A stretch of 64,000 nucleotides of DNA from Blasia pusilla (Eukaryota). Positions 35,101 to 50,398 of the stretch are shown here, one piece after another (positions within the stretch are counted from its first letter, which is position 1; each line of letters starts with the position of its first letter). Position numbers and translations under genes: made by a program. The stretch lies in contig CM114271.1 of the NCBI GenBank assembly GCA_050084515.1, forward strand, positions 42,284,001 to 42,348,000. Direction: 5' to 3'. The notes below the pieces were generated by a model. It saw only the letters and a list, made by a program, of their open reading frames with translations, was not told the DNA's origin and did not search any database.

Positions 35101-38100
35101 ACCTACTCCTCGACCTTCGCGTATCTCCATGGTCATTGATCGAGAGACCACATCCCGAGATGCTAAATCTTTGGCTGTTGGTGCATATCTCTCCATGAAC
35201 CTCTCACCCTCACTATTCCTCAGGATACCTCCTTCTCCTCGCGAACCTGCCAGGACCCCAAACTTCAGAGCTCCTTTCCTTTGAAGGAAGAATTGAACAA
35301 GTTTTAAACACCAAATAATGGAATGTTCCTGGGTATTTTGATCCCTCTTATTTAGAACAGTAATCACACAAGGCACATTTAAACACAACCTTCAGTGATG
35401 AGACAGCCTGCTCCATAGATTCCTGTAGGATGGAATTGGACAAACTCCAAATCCTAGCAAACAACACAGTATGAAAGTCCAGTATTCAGCATGTAAGGAA
35501 ATTTTAACATCATTACCTCATCAATCAAGACACATAGAATAGAACACACTGTAACTGGAAACAGACATCAACACACAGGCAAGATTCTAAAAATATCATA
35601 CCCATTGAAAGTTAACATGTCATTAATTGTTAGTTCCCACACCCACTCAGACACCACATCTGAACACTTTTTGGTGCCCCAACTGCCTAGAAAAGGAAGA
35701 GCTACAGAGGTTTGTCCAAGTCACCTCCAAAGGAACTCCAGCACGGGCCGCCATAGCATTGCCATCACCAGTGCAGGTGTGGGCTGACGTAGCTGAAAAG
35801 TATGCCCTCCCATAACCCTAAATGAGCAGGATCAATACATGCACATACGCCAATCAAAACCATGAATGCATGCTGGATGTTCTGCTTAATTATTACAAAG
35901 ATCCTAAAAAACCAGCCCAACTCAAATACTCAATGAAAGTGTTTCATGTTATTAGTCTGACATTCAGCTCTTTCATTCATCTATCTCTAGAGAGCAGACT
36001 TTGCTCCTATGATTGCCAGTTAAAAGGGAAAAGAATACTCCAGGAACCATGTGAATCGCATGATATTACCCCGGTTGCTAATATTGTGGAATGTCCTTTG
36101 AATCGATGAAGTGTCCCATCCTCCATGTTCAATGCAATCACACCTCGGCAGGAACCTGGGGCACAGAAAAGTTTCAGATCTCTAAGATATCACAGCTAGG
36201 TTTTGCAGTTCTTAACCACTCCGATGATTTAAGGGATAAACAGTTTTAAAAGTAACTCCTTAGTTGGTAATAAACTGTGGATGTTCAAGTCAAAGCTCCT
36301 ATTCTTAGGCGAAATTCAAATTCATTAAAATGCTTAACTTAGAGCAGATGAGTAAGTTTAGTCACACAATAAACAAAAGTCACAGTTTAGTACCTTACCA
36401 TCAGTATCCATAATCAGATCTAGGGCCAGATACTCCACGAAAAACTGTGTATTGTGTTTCATAGCCTGACCATAGAGTGTGTGGAGCAAGGCATGGCCAG
36501 TTCTATCCGCAGCACATGCACACCGATATGCTTGTCCACCTATAAATTCAACCGGAAGATATAGCTATAAATAGAATATTGTTCTGTATTAAATTGAAGT
36601 CCAAGCTAATGAAAGCCAGGACCAGAGAGCTTTCACCTTCTCTGGAACATTCTGTTATCCCAAATCGTTTACAAAAAATGTGTGGGAAAATCCATGAAGC
36701 TACCTGGAGTGATAACCATACCTTTTCCAAAGTTAAGACTCTGCCCACCAAATGCACGCTGATAGATCTTACCCTCTTCAGTCCTAGAAAAAGGAAGGCC
36801 ATAATTTTCGAGTTCAAAGACAGCCTTGGGAGCTTCTCTGCACATATACTGAATGGCATCTTGATCACCTGCTCTGCCCACAACACAGTGAATGAATTAG
36901 TGCCAAAACTTTCCTTCAAGTGTGTGAAATGCAAAGGATAATGTACAACTACTGATCAGTTGTCAGGAAAGAGGCAGTCTCCAGAGAAAAACTTGCATTA
37001 GTGATGGAACAGACACTTTTTTTCTCTCTGTCCTTTAAAACGGGTCATTATTGTGTGATAATTAACACCAAAGCCATCTGCAAGAAGTGTGGCAAGTGCG
37101 TCTGAATAAGGTTCTTCTGTTTGAAACTTACCCAACCAATCACTTCCTTTTACTGTATCATACATGTGCCACCTCCAATCATCCTCTGACATATTGCCAA
37201 GTGCTGCATTAATCCCGCCCTTTGCAGATGGAAGTTGGGTTAGTTCCAAGTCAGAAAGCTGAAGTAGAGGCAATTTGCACAACTGAAAAAACCACACCGG
37301 ATGTACACTCTAGTAACTTACATACGAAGCTTTACTTGCTGTGAGACAGATGCTAGGAACTGATAAGATTCCAGCAGGCAGCCAAGTGCCTGCTCAACGT
37401 TGGATACTTCAAGCACTCAAGATCATGAAGAGGCTGTAACTGTAAAATTTTTAAAAATCTGACCCTCTCCCTGGTCGTTGTCCAATTTAGCACTCAGGGT
37501 TCTTTCACAGGCACACTATGTACTGTGAAAGTCACGCCTTGCCCTACACTGTATAATAGATGAGGGAGTTAAAAAGCATAAAGATTCACAACTCCTCAAC
37601 ATCATGAGTAAGCACTACAATCCGACCCAGAAACACCAGCAGGTGTTCACTTACTCGTGTACCTGTGCAGCAACAGTGTGTGATCGGGTTGGAAAAAGCT
37701 TGGTGATGCAGGCAGTGTTGAAGCCGTACTCCGACAGTCCAATTGCAGCTCTGAGTCCAGCTCCACCCGCACCTACAACAATAGCATCATACGTATGATC
37801 CACAATTGGATATGATGCTGGTGACCCTGCCTGTAAACACAATTACGCACCAAAAAATGAGGGGATTATCAAAATGTATAAGAAATCAATCCAGGCCCTA
37901 TTCCAAACTTTAGAACAAATAGCTGACAACATGGCCAACCTAAGAAATGATCACATGCAACTCCCCATGCTGATTCAAAAGTAATCAAAATCAGTGAAGG
38001 TGTTTCAGAGGTATAATAACACTTCAGAACTATTAATTCTGAAGGGACTCATTAGAACTGTGGCTCCTGAGTACATAAGAGTCCAGAGGACAAATGAGGT

Positions 38101-38582
38101 AAAATTGAACATCATGGTCATCCATGTGTCAAAAGCCTGGCACCAAGTCATTCCAATCCTTCAGTTACACATCCTAGAGACGTGACCTGCCAGATTCTAT
38201 AAGGGTGCATTCTTTTACGTTTGCCCTCTTTAGGAACGAGAGGTTGAACGCAACCGTCAAGATTTTGAAGTTGAGGATCATGTGAACGTGTATCTGTGCC
38301 AGAGTCTATACTACCACCAGCTAAAATCATGAGGATGAGAGGACTCTAGAGAAGATAACTTTGGCCTTCCAGACCCCTGTATGAAGCAGTCTGAAGCATA
38401 CACATTGTAGTAAGCTGTATGAAAGAGAGCATTAGAAGGCCAACCTCTCCCATAGTTGTCCCGGTAGGCGCTTGATTTGACAAAATTCGAGAACCTCGCC
38501 TAGCTGCATGGTATTGAGCAACTCTCCTTGATCCACCACTCGTGAGGGCGCCGGCCACCCCCTTCACAACCCTTCTCAGCAT
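32200..38582 (-). CDS. SDH1: Succinate dehydrogenase flavoprotein subunit, mitochondrial (about 16 coding exons)
   Basis: Transit-peptide-like start MLRRVVKGV. Exons encode [128 protein letters not shown] and the C-terminus FPPKARVY* (stop 32200-32202). A probable 5' UTR intron lies at 38585-39818. Confidence 0.97.
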
Positions 38583-41500
38583 TTCTACAAAAAGAAATCC
38601 AATCCCAGCATTGTCAAATCAGAAATAAGACAACCTAGTCACTTATCACGGATGAATATGCTATGACAGATACATGGTGTCAATGTCTATCTTCTTTGTG
38701 CCTCATTCCAAATTGTCTACATGGGATAACCTTTCAAGTATCTCATCCCTTTCTTCAGCTCCACACTCATTTCATGTAAGACCTGACCTTACAATACAGC
38801 TGCATAGCTGCATTCAAAACGCGTTTTCTATTAGTATCTGATTTTTAGGCCAGACCAAAATCTCCATAGCTAAGCAGATCCCTTTCTCAAGGACTTCCTA
38901 CAACTATTAAGCGTTCCTCATTCATTGACCTAGATCAACATCAAATGTTTACTATTAAGGGGGGATAGCTTCTTAATTTGTGAACACCTCATTGCTTGAC
39001 ATATCGAAGTGCGACAGCAAGAAACGTATTCACACCGCTGGCAGCAAAAAACCTTTTTCTGGTTTTGGGGCAGAACGCAGCAAGATTATTGGCTCCATGC
39101 AAAGCGCGAGCTATACACTAGTCTTTAATAATGATTGCTTTCAATTCGCTTCATCACTCAGGGTCCGACTTGCTGTTGAGATTGAAAATTGACCTCCGTA
39201 CAGAGATTCGATTCATAGTTGAGACCAGTCATTTCACCCTAAGATTTCTGTAAGATTTGCCTGACTTTATTGATTCGTGAGCATTTTCCTACAACTGCGA
39301 TGTAGTTGAATTCTTTCTTCTGATACTCCCAGTACTGAATCCAGAGGGATTTTCCGCTTCAGGAAATTTCAGATTTAGAGACGTAGGAACTTAATCTCGT
39401 TCGATCTTGTCTGTAGGAAGGAGGATTCAAGTACAAATCGTGCTCACAATCGTGGTTTGGACGAATGTTCTTTTAAAACCCACGGCATCCACATCAACCT
39501 CCACTGACATGACCGACCAAGAGTAGAAATCTAAGTTTCAGAACTGCGAAACGGCTACAACATCCTTGTGATTGTGTCTGACTGAGTCCAAGTGTCTCAA
39601 CTAAAACAAAATGGGGAACCAGAGGAGAATGTCCATCCAGGGTTCCTAGGACACAGAGAAACCTCGATTCGGATCGAAGTCAAATTCGAAAGTGAATCCC
39701 AAAGACAGACTGACGCCAATTCGCTGAATACTAAGCTTCCAAATTTCCGACTGCAATGGAGATTCGGAGCATAGTAGAACTTGAAGAGAAATCTGAAAAG
39801 AAGGGAGAAGAACCGCACCTGCTTGCGTCCGGATTACTCACTCCGACTTATACCGTGTACCCAAACCCCAGGGCATCCAACTATCGACCGATGGAGTCTG
39901 CAACCACAGGATCCGAAGCTCCCATATCTAAGTCCTTAAGCAGAACCACCTAACTCAGATTCAGAGCACGGCTCCCTCGGAACTCTAACGCTCTGACGAC
40001 AAAACACTCAGCGCTCAAGAAAGGGAAAATCCATCGCGAACTGGACATATTCGATAGTAAAGACAAGTAAGCCAAACTTCATGTGCCTAGCACTCACCTA
40101 ATCGAACTGTGGGCATCTGTCACTTACCTCCTCTGCCCTGATCCGATCCGATCGGAGCTCGCGTTTCAAATTTCCCGCAACCGCAAGAAACTCTCGAGGT
40201 CAAGCTGCAGGTGCAGGACTGCGTTCACACATATTGATTCGTTCGTCTTGCCTCGGACTCTCAGTTCACCAATGAAAGAATATAAAAATAAATATATTAA
40301 CCTGTTTCTCCTTTCTATTTTCCTCAGAACACTAAATGGCGTATCTGACTAGGCTCGCCTAGCATAGCATACGGGGGACTCCACGGGTTTAGAAACCCTT
40401 GCGAAACGTGGCCAGCAAAGCCACGTTTAGCATGGCTGATGTGGACGTGGGGAAGCCTTGGAATGCGAATGTAACAAAGCCTTATAATATCGACTACTTC
40501 AGTCTCCTGTGTTCTCTTTCCGGATTCGGGTAAAAGTGGAAACGTCCCATAACCACATGCAGAAACCTACCTTTAAAATTCCAATTGGCGAAATTTTATT
40601 TTTGCAACAAACAAAACATGAGAAAAGCATGAAGAAATTTGATTATGGTATCAAAGAACAAGAATGCGACCATGTAGGACTAATCCGATCTTTGTTATTA
40701 CACATGAGCGATTGATACATTAGGTTTGGGGTCGTGGTTGTGTTATTGTGAACTAGGTAGTAGGCACTAATGTAATTGAATATTTAGGTAATAGACACTA
40801 ATTTAACTGAATATTTATGAATGGGCACATAAGAGATTCTACCAACATTAACAATATATGTGTACGAAGCTAGTCCAACCACCGACAACGAAATGTGCGT
40901 GTTACACGAAAGTTTTTGGGTTAAACAATAGAGACATTATAGCTTTTTTTATAGTAGTCAACGAATGTTGGGAACTTTTAGTTTCAAAAGTTTGCAAAAA
41001 CCTACATACAATTGCCTTTTGCTCATAAATCAAGAACGTATGTGCGTGACTGCAAATTTTGTGTCATGAATAGAGACATTGCATGAAGATAACGTAATAT
41101 TTTCCAGAAAGATCATGACCACAATTGTGGTGCAGCCATGCTAATATATCACTTACTATGTATTCAATACATTTCTATTCACTTATGTAAGACTCATGTG
41201 AAGTGAGAAGAGCCTTTTGTGAGATGTATACTTTGAAGCTCAGAATTTTGAAGATATTCGGTTCGTGGAATTACATATTACATGGACTACCGAACAAAAA
41301 GAATTTCACATTTTTCCCTGGCTATTTAGAAAGGAAAGAAAAACAAACACTAAAGGCTAGACGAAGTTCAATAGCTGCAAAATGGAGTTGGTACTTGCTT
41401 GTCAACATTGAATGTAAAATTTGCTGACTTGTAAACGCCGAAGGCAAAATGTGAAAACATTTCTAATATGTATACTAAAGCTTGACCAAAGCCGGATTAG

Positions 41501-44202
41501 GCCGAGCAAAGCAAAGGAGTAGGTGATACTAAAGATATAACTACTTCATAATGGACAGGTACTCCAATTGTTTAATATACATATCAAGCTCAATGTCAGT
41601 AGGATAGTGATGTGCACAATGTTGGCCAAGTACACATAGCTCTGCACATATGTTCCTTCGTTGTTGATGTACTCGTATGATTTTGTCCACTCGATGGCCA
41701 TTACCTGCATACTCCATTACTTCTCTCAAAATTTGTTATGTTCCTCAGCACGGACAAGCTAACCCTATACAACCTGATTTTTTTCAGTGCTTCTTCAAAT
41801 AAGAAGGTTAGAACTATATCAATAGAAGATGTCGGGTCCGCTATGTCTGATATGCGTGATTTGTTTATGCACAAGCGCTGTTTTTTGTGACGCCCATCAT
41901 GAACTCAAGTCGGGTTCGGTAGTCGCTGCTAGTAGAGTCTTGTGGAGTTGCAATCTTTTATACATTACAACACACCATTATGTCAACATACTTAATTTTC
42001 CAACAATGTAATGGTAGACAACTAAAACTATTATGTTTACTACTAAACTATGTATAGTCCTTTTTTATTACTAATGTAAAAGTCAAACAAAAAAAAGATA
42101 TCCAGATTAATAACCTTTTGAATATTGAATACAGAGAACAAACATAAAGACCATTAGAGTGTCCACAAGAAAATCACACGGCGCAAAAAATAACTAATTA
42201 AATGAAATAAAGCACACCAGGTATCAGAATGATTTCACTGCAAGTGCTCAATAGGGTATATAATGCAACTTAACATAAGGTTTAATTTTCCACAAATAAA
42301 ATTTTGTTTCAAAAGTGAGAAAAAATTAGGTTGGAAGTCGTGTTTAGGCTAATAAGCTTGGTTGGTGGTAGAAAAGTTTAATAAGGCAAAAAAAACCTTA
42401 TAATGTAGTGAGATATATATATATCAATGAATACATAATGAGTAGGGAAATATCTTCAAATACCTGCGCAACAGTTGTGTTAATTGCACTTGCGTTTATA
42501 GGGTGACTCAAGCAGTACAGCTCCTTGATATGATGTACTTTCGTTGTGAAACTGAAATGTAGTTGGGCCTCTAGTTGCTAGGATAGTGTCATCATATGGT
42601 AGGGTAATAGGTGTTTGTTGGCTTTCAATGGCGTTTTGACGCTCTATTTTTGGTGCATCATAGATAGTTCCATTGTCATGAATGTTTTTCAGACGTGTGA
42701 GTAAATGAGCAACTTTGGCAGATGATAATGAAATTATCATGTCAATAGGCAACTTCATAATAACTCTCAACTCTTGGAATTGGTTTGGCTTTATCCCCCT
42801 ATTAATAGAGCATAGTGTACTACAGTCTGTTGAGGAGTCAGTTCGTCCTCGTTGAACTGAACTCCTTTGTATAACATCACTTCCTTCTGGATGTCTTTTG
42901 TGCACAAAAAAGTAGCATTTAGATGTTTCAGGCTAATTCAATTTTAGTTAAACTATTGATTAAATGATTGATTAATAAATAAATCGGAAAGTACATACCG
43001 TGGTCGGAGATTGCTTCCTTAAATCTCTGAAGAAAGTTGCCCATATCTCCTTTGATCAATCATTTGACTCATCTGACTGCTGGAGACATGCTCAACCCAA
43101 TGAGAGTGGTGAAGTACTAAATTGTTTGCATACTTTAATTGAGTGTCCATTGGTGGAATTATAGGGATATGAATTTCGTCGGGTAGCTCAACCATATCAA
43201 AATCATCTTGGAAAAATTAACAAACAACTTTGGTACATGAGAGTGACATTGTTAGCACTATTACTTAGATGTATAAAAAGGTAACATCATTGGGGCAGAT
43301 TTTGCAAGCCGATTTGTTGTTGAGTGGTTGGTTTATTGGTGGGGAGATGTTTAAGAAGATGTAGATTAGTATGTAAAAGGTGTTTTCTGAAAAGTGTTAT
43401 ACAAACTTGAGTAGTTCGCTAAACTTGGTTGTTGGTATTGTGAACCAAGTATTGTGGTGTGATGATAGGATTTTGGTAGTCATCCGAGTTGCTTCCGTTG
43501 AACAAAATGGTATTTGGTTGTGCTACTAGAGTTGGAGTGATAGTCTGTGTCAAATTTGGCATGTGTGGATTTGAAGTAGATTGCCTTCTTCCCTGGACTC
43601 TTGTTGATCCTTCACTAGTCGCCGTACTACTTACACACGGTCAACATTATCTATAAGTATGGAAGACATTCCAAAGTGAGTCACGTTAGTTGCCCAAATA
43701 CATTAAAATCCGCATGCTGCAGTGAACCAATGATATGCAGTTTAGCTCTGGTTTTGACCCTCGACAACATAACATATACAAGAGCTAGGGCAAAAGCAGT
43801 CTCTATGACCAAAAGGCACTTCCCACTCAAAGTTAGATCTTGGCTCTTATGTGTTGTTCAAGCATACCCTAAAATAAGGGGGAAAGGTATGGTTTTTTTT
43901 GTTGGGACCATGTCGGAGAGTAGCAAAGTTGGTTATACTAATCTTAATTACCTTGTTATTTGAGTGTAGCATAAATGTTATAGTCACAACCTCACAACCC
44001 TTATAACTTCAATCTATAATTGTTGTTGATGTGTCATTTTCCGCCTAGATTTATAAATCTACATTAGAAGTAAGGAGTACTCTTCAACCAATTGCTGCAA
44101 ACTGAAGTTGATGAAAAGTAGAATCAAATATCCATTGAGGAAATTGTGAATTAGAAAGAGCCTCGGTAGAAATATGTATAGGAAAGATGTCAGCCGAACC
44201 CT

Positions 44203-45455
44203 TGTTGTGTCGAGAGCCTTTCTTCAAGTAAGGACGGACCTTCTAGCTATAGTGGACGTAGTTGATGCAAGTCGAACTTTATAAGAAGTTATCTTTTTTC
44301 AGTACAAAATTCTTATGTAAACCCTCCATTATTTCACGACAAGAATCACGAATGGTAGTGCCGAGGCGATCACTTCTTCATAACATGGAATCCTGAAATT
44401 CCTAACTATGAAATCCCTCTAAACTACTTTATGTATGTACACAAGGAAAATAGCATAACTAGTGTTAAACCCTACTTAAGAAAGCCTATTGACGTCCATG
44501 GATTGCTATATTAGGACATACAAAGCACAATCCCATGTCCTTTCGTACGTGACTATAGGAAGACTCACCGGAGTTGGAGATTGCATGACTTGGTTCATGA
44601 AGCCTCCCCAAAGTGTTAAACTAGATAGTGAGTGAACCAATGCCTATCTACAAAGATAATTTTGACATAATACGCATTAAGGAAAGGAAAATCGTGCACA
44701 CTCGTGCTCCATCCCTTTCCATACTTGATAGACATCCTCTACCTTCCTCTAGAATAGAGTTTGGCGAAGTTGCTCTCCCAAGAGGGGTAATCCACTCTCA
44801 TTGGGAAAAATAACAAGCCAAACCATCCACTATTTCTAGTATGACTAAACTCCTTAAGATGACAAGTGTCTCATCTCTACACATACCACACTCTAAAATC
44901 ATTTTGAAGAACAGACCATGGTCAAGTTATTCTCCGAAGAGGGATAATCCACTCTCATTGGAAGAGCAAGAAATCCCAAAGCCATACACTCAAGAGTGAC
45001 ACGAGAGACTCAAGATGTGAAGTAGAATGTGATGAACCTTTAAAGGTCCCTCCTCTTTATATACTCACAAGGGATCCACAAGAGTACAAAATAGGGCTAA
45101 TCTTATCTTGTGCCACATGGCTTCCTCTCAAGGCTTAGCCAATCACATTTTGACACAAGTAGATTACCTCTTATCTCTTCCAAAATATCTTCTTTTACTC
45201 ACTTCCTATCTTCCAAACTACCCCTACTACCCTAGCCACCAACCAAGACTACTATTTTTTTCTTTCATTAAAGCACCAACCCCATTACTTTAATTCTTTA
45301 ATCCTATTATTATTTATTATCTCTTTTTCCTAAAGTTGGGCCAACACAAATGAACCATCCTAAAGAGGTTTAAACCTGGGAATTTTATTTTCCTAGGCTA
45401 ATATAATTAATACTAATAAAACTTTCTCTAACACTTAATGATAGAGGAGTTTACA
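44203..45455. mobile_element. Solo-LTR-like repeat family A, full-length copy (about 1.25 kb, TGT...ACA)
   Basis: TGTTGTGTCGAGAG...GAGGAGTTTACA; both ends coincide with those of the 48741-49507 copy. No TSD was recognised. Confidence 0.65.
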
Positions 45456-45462
45456 TAGTAGG

Positions 45463-46493
45463 TGTCGTGCGCCTACTCTCCTAGAACGTTAATCTTTGTT
45501 GTTACGGAAGCGTACGTTCAGTAGGTCACGCTCTCAACGCTGATCTGCATCCAAACACGCACTTTGGTTACTCGGGTCTTGGATCATTCAGCGGGCTAAC
45601 TTTTTGAGTTCTCTTCTCGATCTCTCACCAAGCTCAACCTTCCTAGTTTAGCGGTTTACAACACGGGCAAGTCTCGAAAGACTTGGGACAGACTTTCTGG
45701 TCGGTTCAAGAACCTCAAACGACGCGTTTCGCGCTTGACGGTTCCAACTTTCCGATGGACATCCAATGAGTTTCTAAATGAGACTCGCACAAAGTGAATC
45801 TCGGGTCGGAATCCAAGTGTGGTGTACAAAGTCCATTCCCTTGGATCAGGTTTGGGTTTCAAGTTCCAACGTCAAACTCTCATTCCATCCCGTGCCTTTG
45901 AGACGCCATTTGATGCTTAAAGTGGGGATTCATGTTCTAAGATATCTTGGAGAGACTCCTCCCTTACTAGTACTTTTGGGGATCTCCGGGGTTCCCTACA
46001 CATAGGGAAAGACACCCGGGCCTCTCCAATTTGCCCTCAACCCGATTGCTCTCACAGTTATTTTCGGCTAATATCTCAATCTATACTTATGCGTTTGCTG
46101 AGCTCTTTGGTGCGTTGGAAGCGTCTCAAGATAATTTTTCAATGCTTCCTTATTTGTCTCAAACTCATCTTGGGGCTAAACTTTATGGTCCAAAACATAG
46201 TCAAATTCCCCAAACGCTAGTCGTGTTCCAAAACTGGTTCTCACCTCTTTGACAACCAACCTTCCAAGACTCAACTCATCTCAAGTCTTGGCTCGCGTTT
46301 GGTCTAGGTTTCTTGGTCGTGACCACTAGTGCATGAAATGCATAACTCTATTCCGCGTTTCGTCTCTTGGACTTTTTGAAGAGACCTTCCCAAAAGCCTT
46401 TCCAAAGCGCGATCATCGAAGTGTGAGTCTACTTGAGTTCTGATTTTCAGCTTGGCGCATATTTACTGTTGTTTGGTTATGAGGGTCGCGACA
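45463..46493. mobile_element. Solo LTR family B (1031 bp)
   Basis: Imperfect inverted termini TGTCGTG...CGCGACA, flanked by GTAGG and CTAGG (4 of 5 matching TSD). Confidence 0.7.
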
Positions 46494-48740
46494 CTAGGTG
46501 ATTTTATTATTTGACACCGTATATTCTCTGAAGAGCAACAACGTTGTAGAGTTGAACATCAACACGATGGGAACATATGATTTTGGTATCTTGTTGGATA
46601 AAGTCTATGCCAACATCTTCCTCAATAAAAAAAATCTCCAAAATAAGTATCTATTTCCTCATCCGTAGGTATTTTTACTCTCACTTGAGATAGGAATTTG
46701 AGGAGCCCACAATCCTAACGTACTATGCGTCATGGGAGTACTTAGCTCATACTTACATGTAGTCTTACAAAATGGTGATGAAGAGATGTGACACAATAGG
46801 CACATTGGAACAATGTTGTGTTGACAAACTAGTGGTAATTGACAAAGATCACCTAATAATAAAATAAAATTTGTTGAGAAGGGATCCAAATATGAAGATG
46901 GACTTACTTGAAGTAACCTCATCCCAATTATTTGGAGCAACCGAGGTGTTAGCATTGAACACTCGTCTATAACTATAACTTTAGCATTCTTAAGGCGACT
47001 CTACTGATCATATTCAATATGCATTGATGGCAAGTCTTCTTTCACAAGTCTGGCAGATGCAAAAAGGACAATTGTCGCTTTCCCATGAAGTCTTACAACA
47101 ACGATACCAATCGTGGCTCTTAACAATGTAGGAATGGAGTTCAATGACCAATACTTCTACGTAAAGTGAATAAACAACGTCTTACCACAGGCTGGTGGGT
47201 CAATTATAATAACCAAACGAGAAGGTATTTTTCTGTTGGATTGATATAGATATGCTTGCTCTTCATTTAGGAGATGAAAAGGCAATGCCTCCTCTTTGTT
47301 AAGATGAATGTCTTATGAATCACAAGAAAGTTGCTATTGATTGCTAGAAAATGAGTTGGGACAAATATTGAATAAGAGATCTAGACCAATAATATCCATA
47401 ACAATTTGATCACAATTTCACTTGTGTGAACTTCACTCCACAAGTTCATCACAATGTGCCGCTTTTTTTTCCTCTACAACAGAGCTGGGATCCTGAAAAA
47501 AAATTCTATAGATTCACTCATGCAAATACATCCACTTGGGAGATAGTACTGTAAGAATTTTAGACTCAGACTTGAATGTTATCTTGTAGAGTAAGATATT
47601 ATAGAAGAACTTATTTGACTGGTGTAAGGGATGGAACTCAGTAAAGCGCACCACCCAATTTGTTCTATACACTAAGTTCCCAATGGAGTCAAATCCAACG
47701 AAGTTTTCAGAGTTTCTTGTATTTGTTCTCAACACTTCATATCCAGTCTAGAAGTCAATAAATGTTAAATCATGAAGGCATGGAGGGCGATGGTAGTACA
47801 ATATTATAGTATGTATATACAACAAGGTCCGCCTATGAGGAGGACTTGAATCAATATATTCAACACTTTGAGATCTCTGAATGATGGGAATTTCAATGCC
47901 GTTAAGGCCGCTTCACTTGATGATACTGATTTATTTAGCACCAAGCCAAAAACAAGGCGTAGTTTTATCTCATCCAACCATTCAGGGACCAAGCACCTTG
48001 CACATTCTGTAGTAATGTTGAGATAACCTTGTGGTTCTAATTTCAGGGCATATTTCAACAAGTAAAATGCCCACTAAATATTGGTTACACGTTGTAGATT
48101 CATGTGTGCACTCCAAAGCTGCAGTACACTCGAGTGGTAAGGGATGACATTTCGGTGTTCATAATCAGGTTTGTAGTACCTCCATTTCATGTTCTTTGGA
48201 TCTATGGAAGGTTGTATATCCAAGTTTGGGCCCATATGGCATTTTGGAAGATGGTCTTTTGTCCCCCTATTAACACAAACACCTTGCTTAGATATATGCA
48301 ATTTCTTGGTGGTAGCATACTCATATACTGTATTTATAACATCAACCTTTTCGCTTGACAAACTAGGCTAGTTATTCTTTTAAGGATTGTAGCAACAAAT
48401 TTCTGATGTAACCTGATCAATATATGTCTTGTCAATCCAAAGTATTATGTAACAATGTAGGCTACCCCGACCTTATAAATCATATCGAACTAAATAGTTG
48501 TGTATCTGTCCTATTATTTATAAACCACAAAAAATATAGTCACGCACAAAGAGTTTCAGTCTGGTGTGAAATAGAACAGCGGATTCAACATGTGTGTCTC
48601 TCCATGTGAAAGAAGGATTAAACGAGAAGCTCTATATCTCCAATTTCTAGCTATCTTGTTTCAAATACTTCATCGAAAGTAAGTGTCAAAAAGAAGTCAG
48701 TTAGCCCCCATTTTTTAACCATTGCTTTAAGGGTTGCAAG

Positions 48741-49507
48741 TGTCGTGTCGAGAGATTTTCTTCGAGTAAGGGCGGACCTTCCAACTGCGGCAAACGTGAT
48801 TGATGCAAGTTAAACTCTTAAAGAAGTCTTACTTTTTCAATAAAGAATTATTATATACACTCTCCATTCTCTCACGATAGGAATCACGAATGGTAGTGCC
48901 CTAAGACGATAAGTCTCCCCAAATAACCATATCATATTAGACTTTTGAAACTCTCGAAGAATAGAACTCAATCGAGAACTCAACCAAATCAATCTCCTAA
49001 GAGGGATAATCCACTCTCATTGGAAGAGCAAGCAAGCTAATTCCATCCACTCAAGAGCAAGAAGGGAGACTCAAAAAATTAAGTAGAAGATGATGAACCC
49101 TTAAAGGTCTCTCTTCTTTATATACTTTCAAGGGATCCACAAGAGTACAAAATATGGCTAATCTTATCTTGTGCCATATGGCTTCCTCTCAAGGCTTAGC
49201 AAATCCCATTTTGACACAAGTAGATTTCATGTTATCTCCAAAATATTCTCATCAACTCATTTCATATCCTCTTAACTACCCCAACTATTCTAGCCACCAA
49301 CTCAGACTACTTTTACTTTTCTTTCGTTAATACATTCACCCCATTACTTTCCTTTATACTCCCATATCTTATTTATGACCTTTTAAGTTGGACCCGCACA
49401 AATGAGCCACCCTAAAGATGTTTAAACATGTAAATTTTATTTTCCTAAGCTAATTTACTTAGTAGTAATAAAACTCTCTCTGACACTTTATAAGAGAGGA
49501 GTTTACA
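48741..49507. mobile_element. Solo-LTR-like family A copy with an internal deletion at 48900/48901
   Basis: TGTCGTGTCGAGAG...GAGTTTACA; lacks about 490 bp present in 44203-45455. Inserted next to Helitron Rep motif 1. Confidence 0.65.
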
Positions 49508-50398
49508 TACATGATGATTTTACTATACGACACCGGTGCGAAGAGGGGTTGCCTAATATGTGAGCACTTATGCTATATTTTTTACAGTTCGGCATATGAG
49601 TCTTCATCAGGAAGAGTAGGGTTTTTTTTCAGCTAGTCCAATTCACGATTCAGGATATAAGATTGATTGGACAAAGAAAGTGCAATAGAGTGATGGAGTT
49701 GATGCATTATGAGAATGTACGGCTTGTACAAGGTAAAAATACTAAACATTTGTTCAGAGCAGTTCCGAATATAGTATGTGAAGGAGCATTATTCAATAAA
49801 GTATCCCCTAAGTTATGGGAAAAGAAAAGGAAAGATATATGTCTATGTGGTATGTTTCACATCTACAGATATATCATCCTTGTCACTTAGAAACTGCTTT
49901 CTAGTCTGTGCTTGGTCCCTAAGCTATACGTTATCGTTGTCAAAGATATCATATAATTACCTTCTTTTCACCATCAGCAAGTACTGCACATCTTGCAAAA
50001 CATTGAGCTTTGTACTGTACGGATCTATTGCCATGCTATGGGTTAGTTGTCCCTTATCTTGGGATGCCTTTAAAATAACTTCTACATTGAATGATGGAAG
50101 AATAACAAGCCCATATGTTGGCCTAGGCACCTCAATCAAGGGAACGTAATACGAGTAGAGTTCTTTCACTTTCAAATTTAGTGGTTGGATATTACACACA
50201 TATCTATATAGAAAGTCAGGATATGTAGACGTGGGCGGGTCAATATCCATCCTACTAGTGGGCAATCAAGAAGGGAATCAACAAAGTACAATGGGTTACT
50301 ATCGAACCCATTGTACTTTGTTTCAATCCCTTATTCAACAAGTGAAAGAAGTTGTAGGTAGAGTGGTGTACGAATATACAAAGTTGTCATGTACAAGT

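Larger units (their letters stand above)
43700..50398 (-). pseudogene. Decayed Helitron Rep-PIF1 helicase gene interrupted by LTR-like insertions
   Basis: Rep motifs: LKAMVKKWGLTDFFLTLT (about 48700), GRGSLHCYIILW (about 48450) and YLLKYALKLEP (about 48050). Helicase motifs: PPACGKT (about 47190), VIVIDECSML (about 46970), LLGDLCQLP (about 46850) and FPLILGYA*TTHKSQ..TL...YVMLSRV (43755-43885). Confidence 0.85.
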
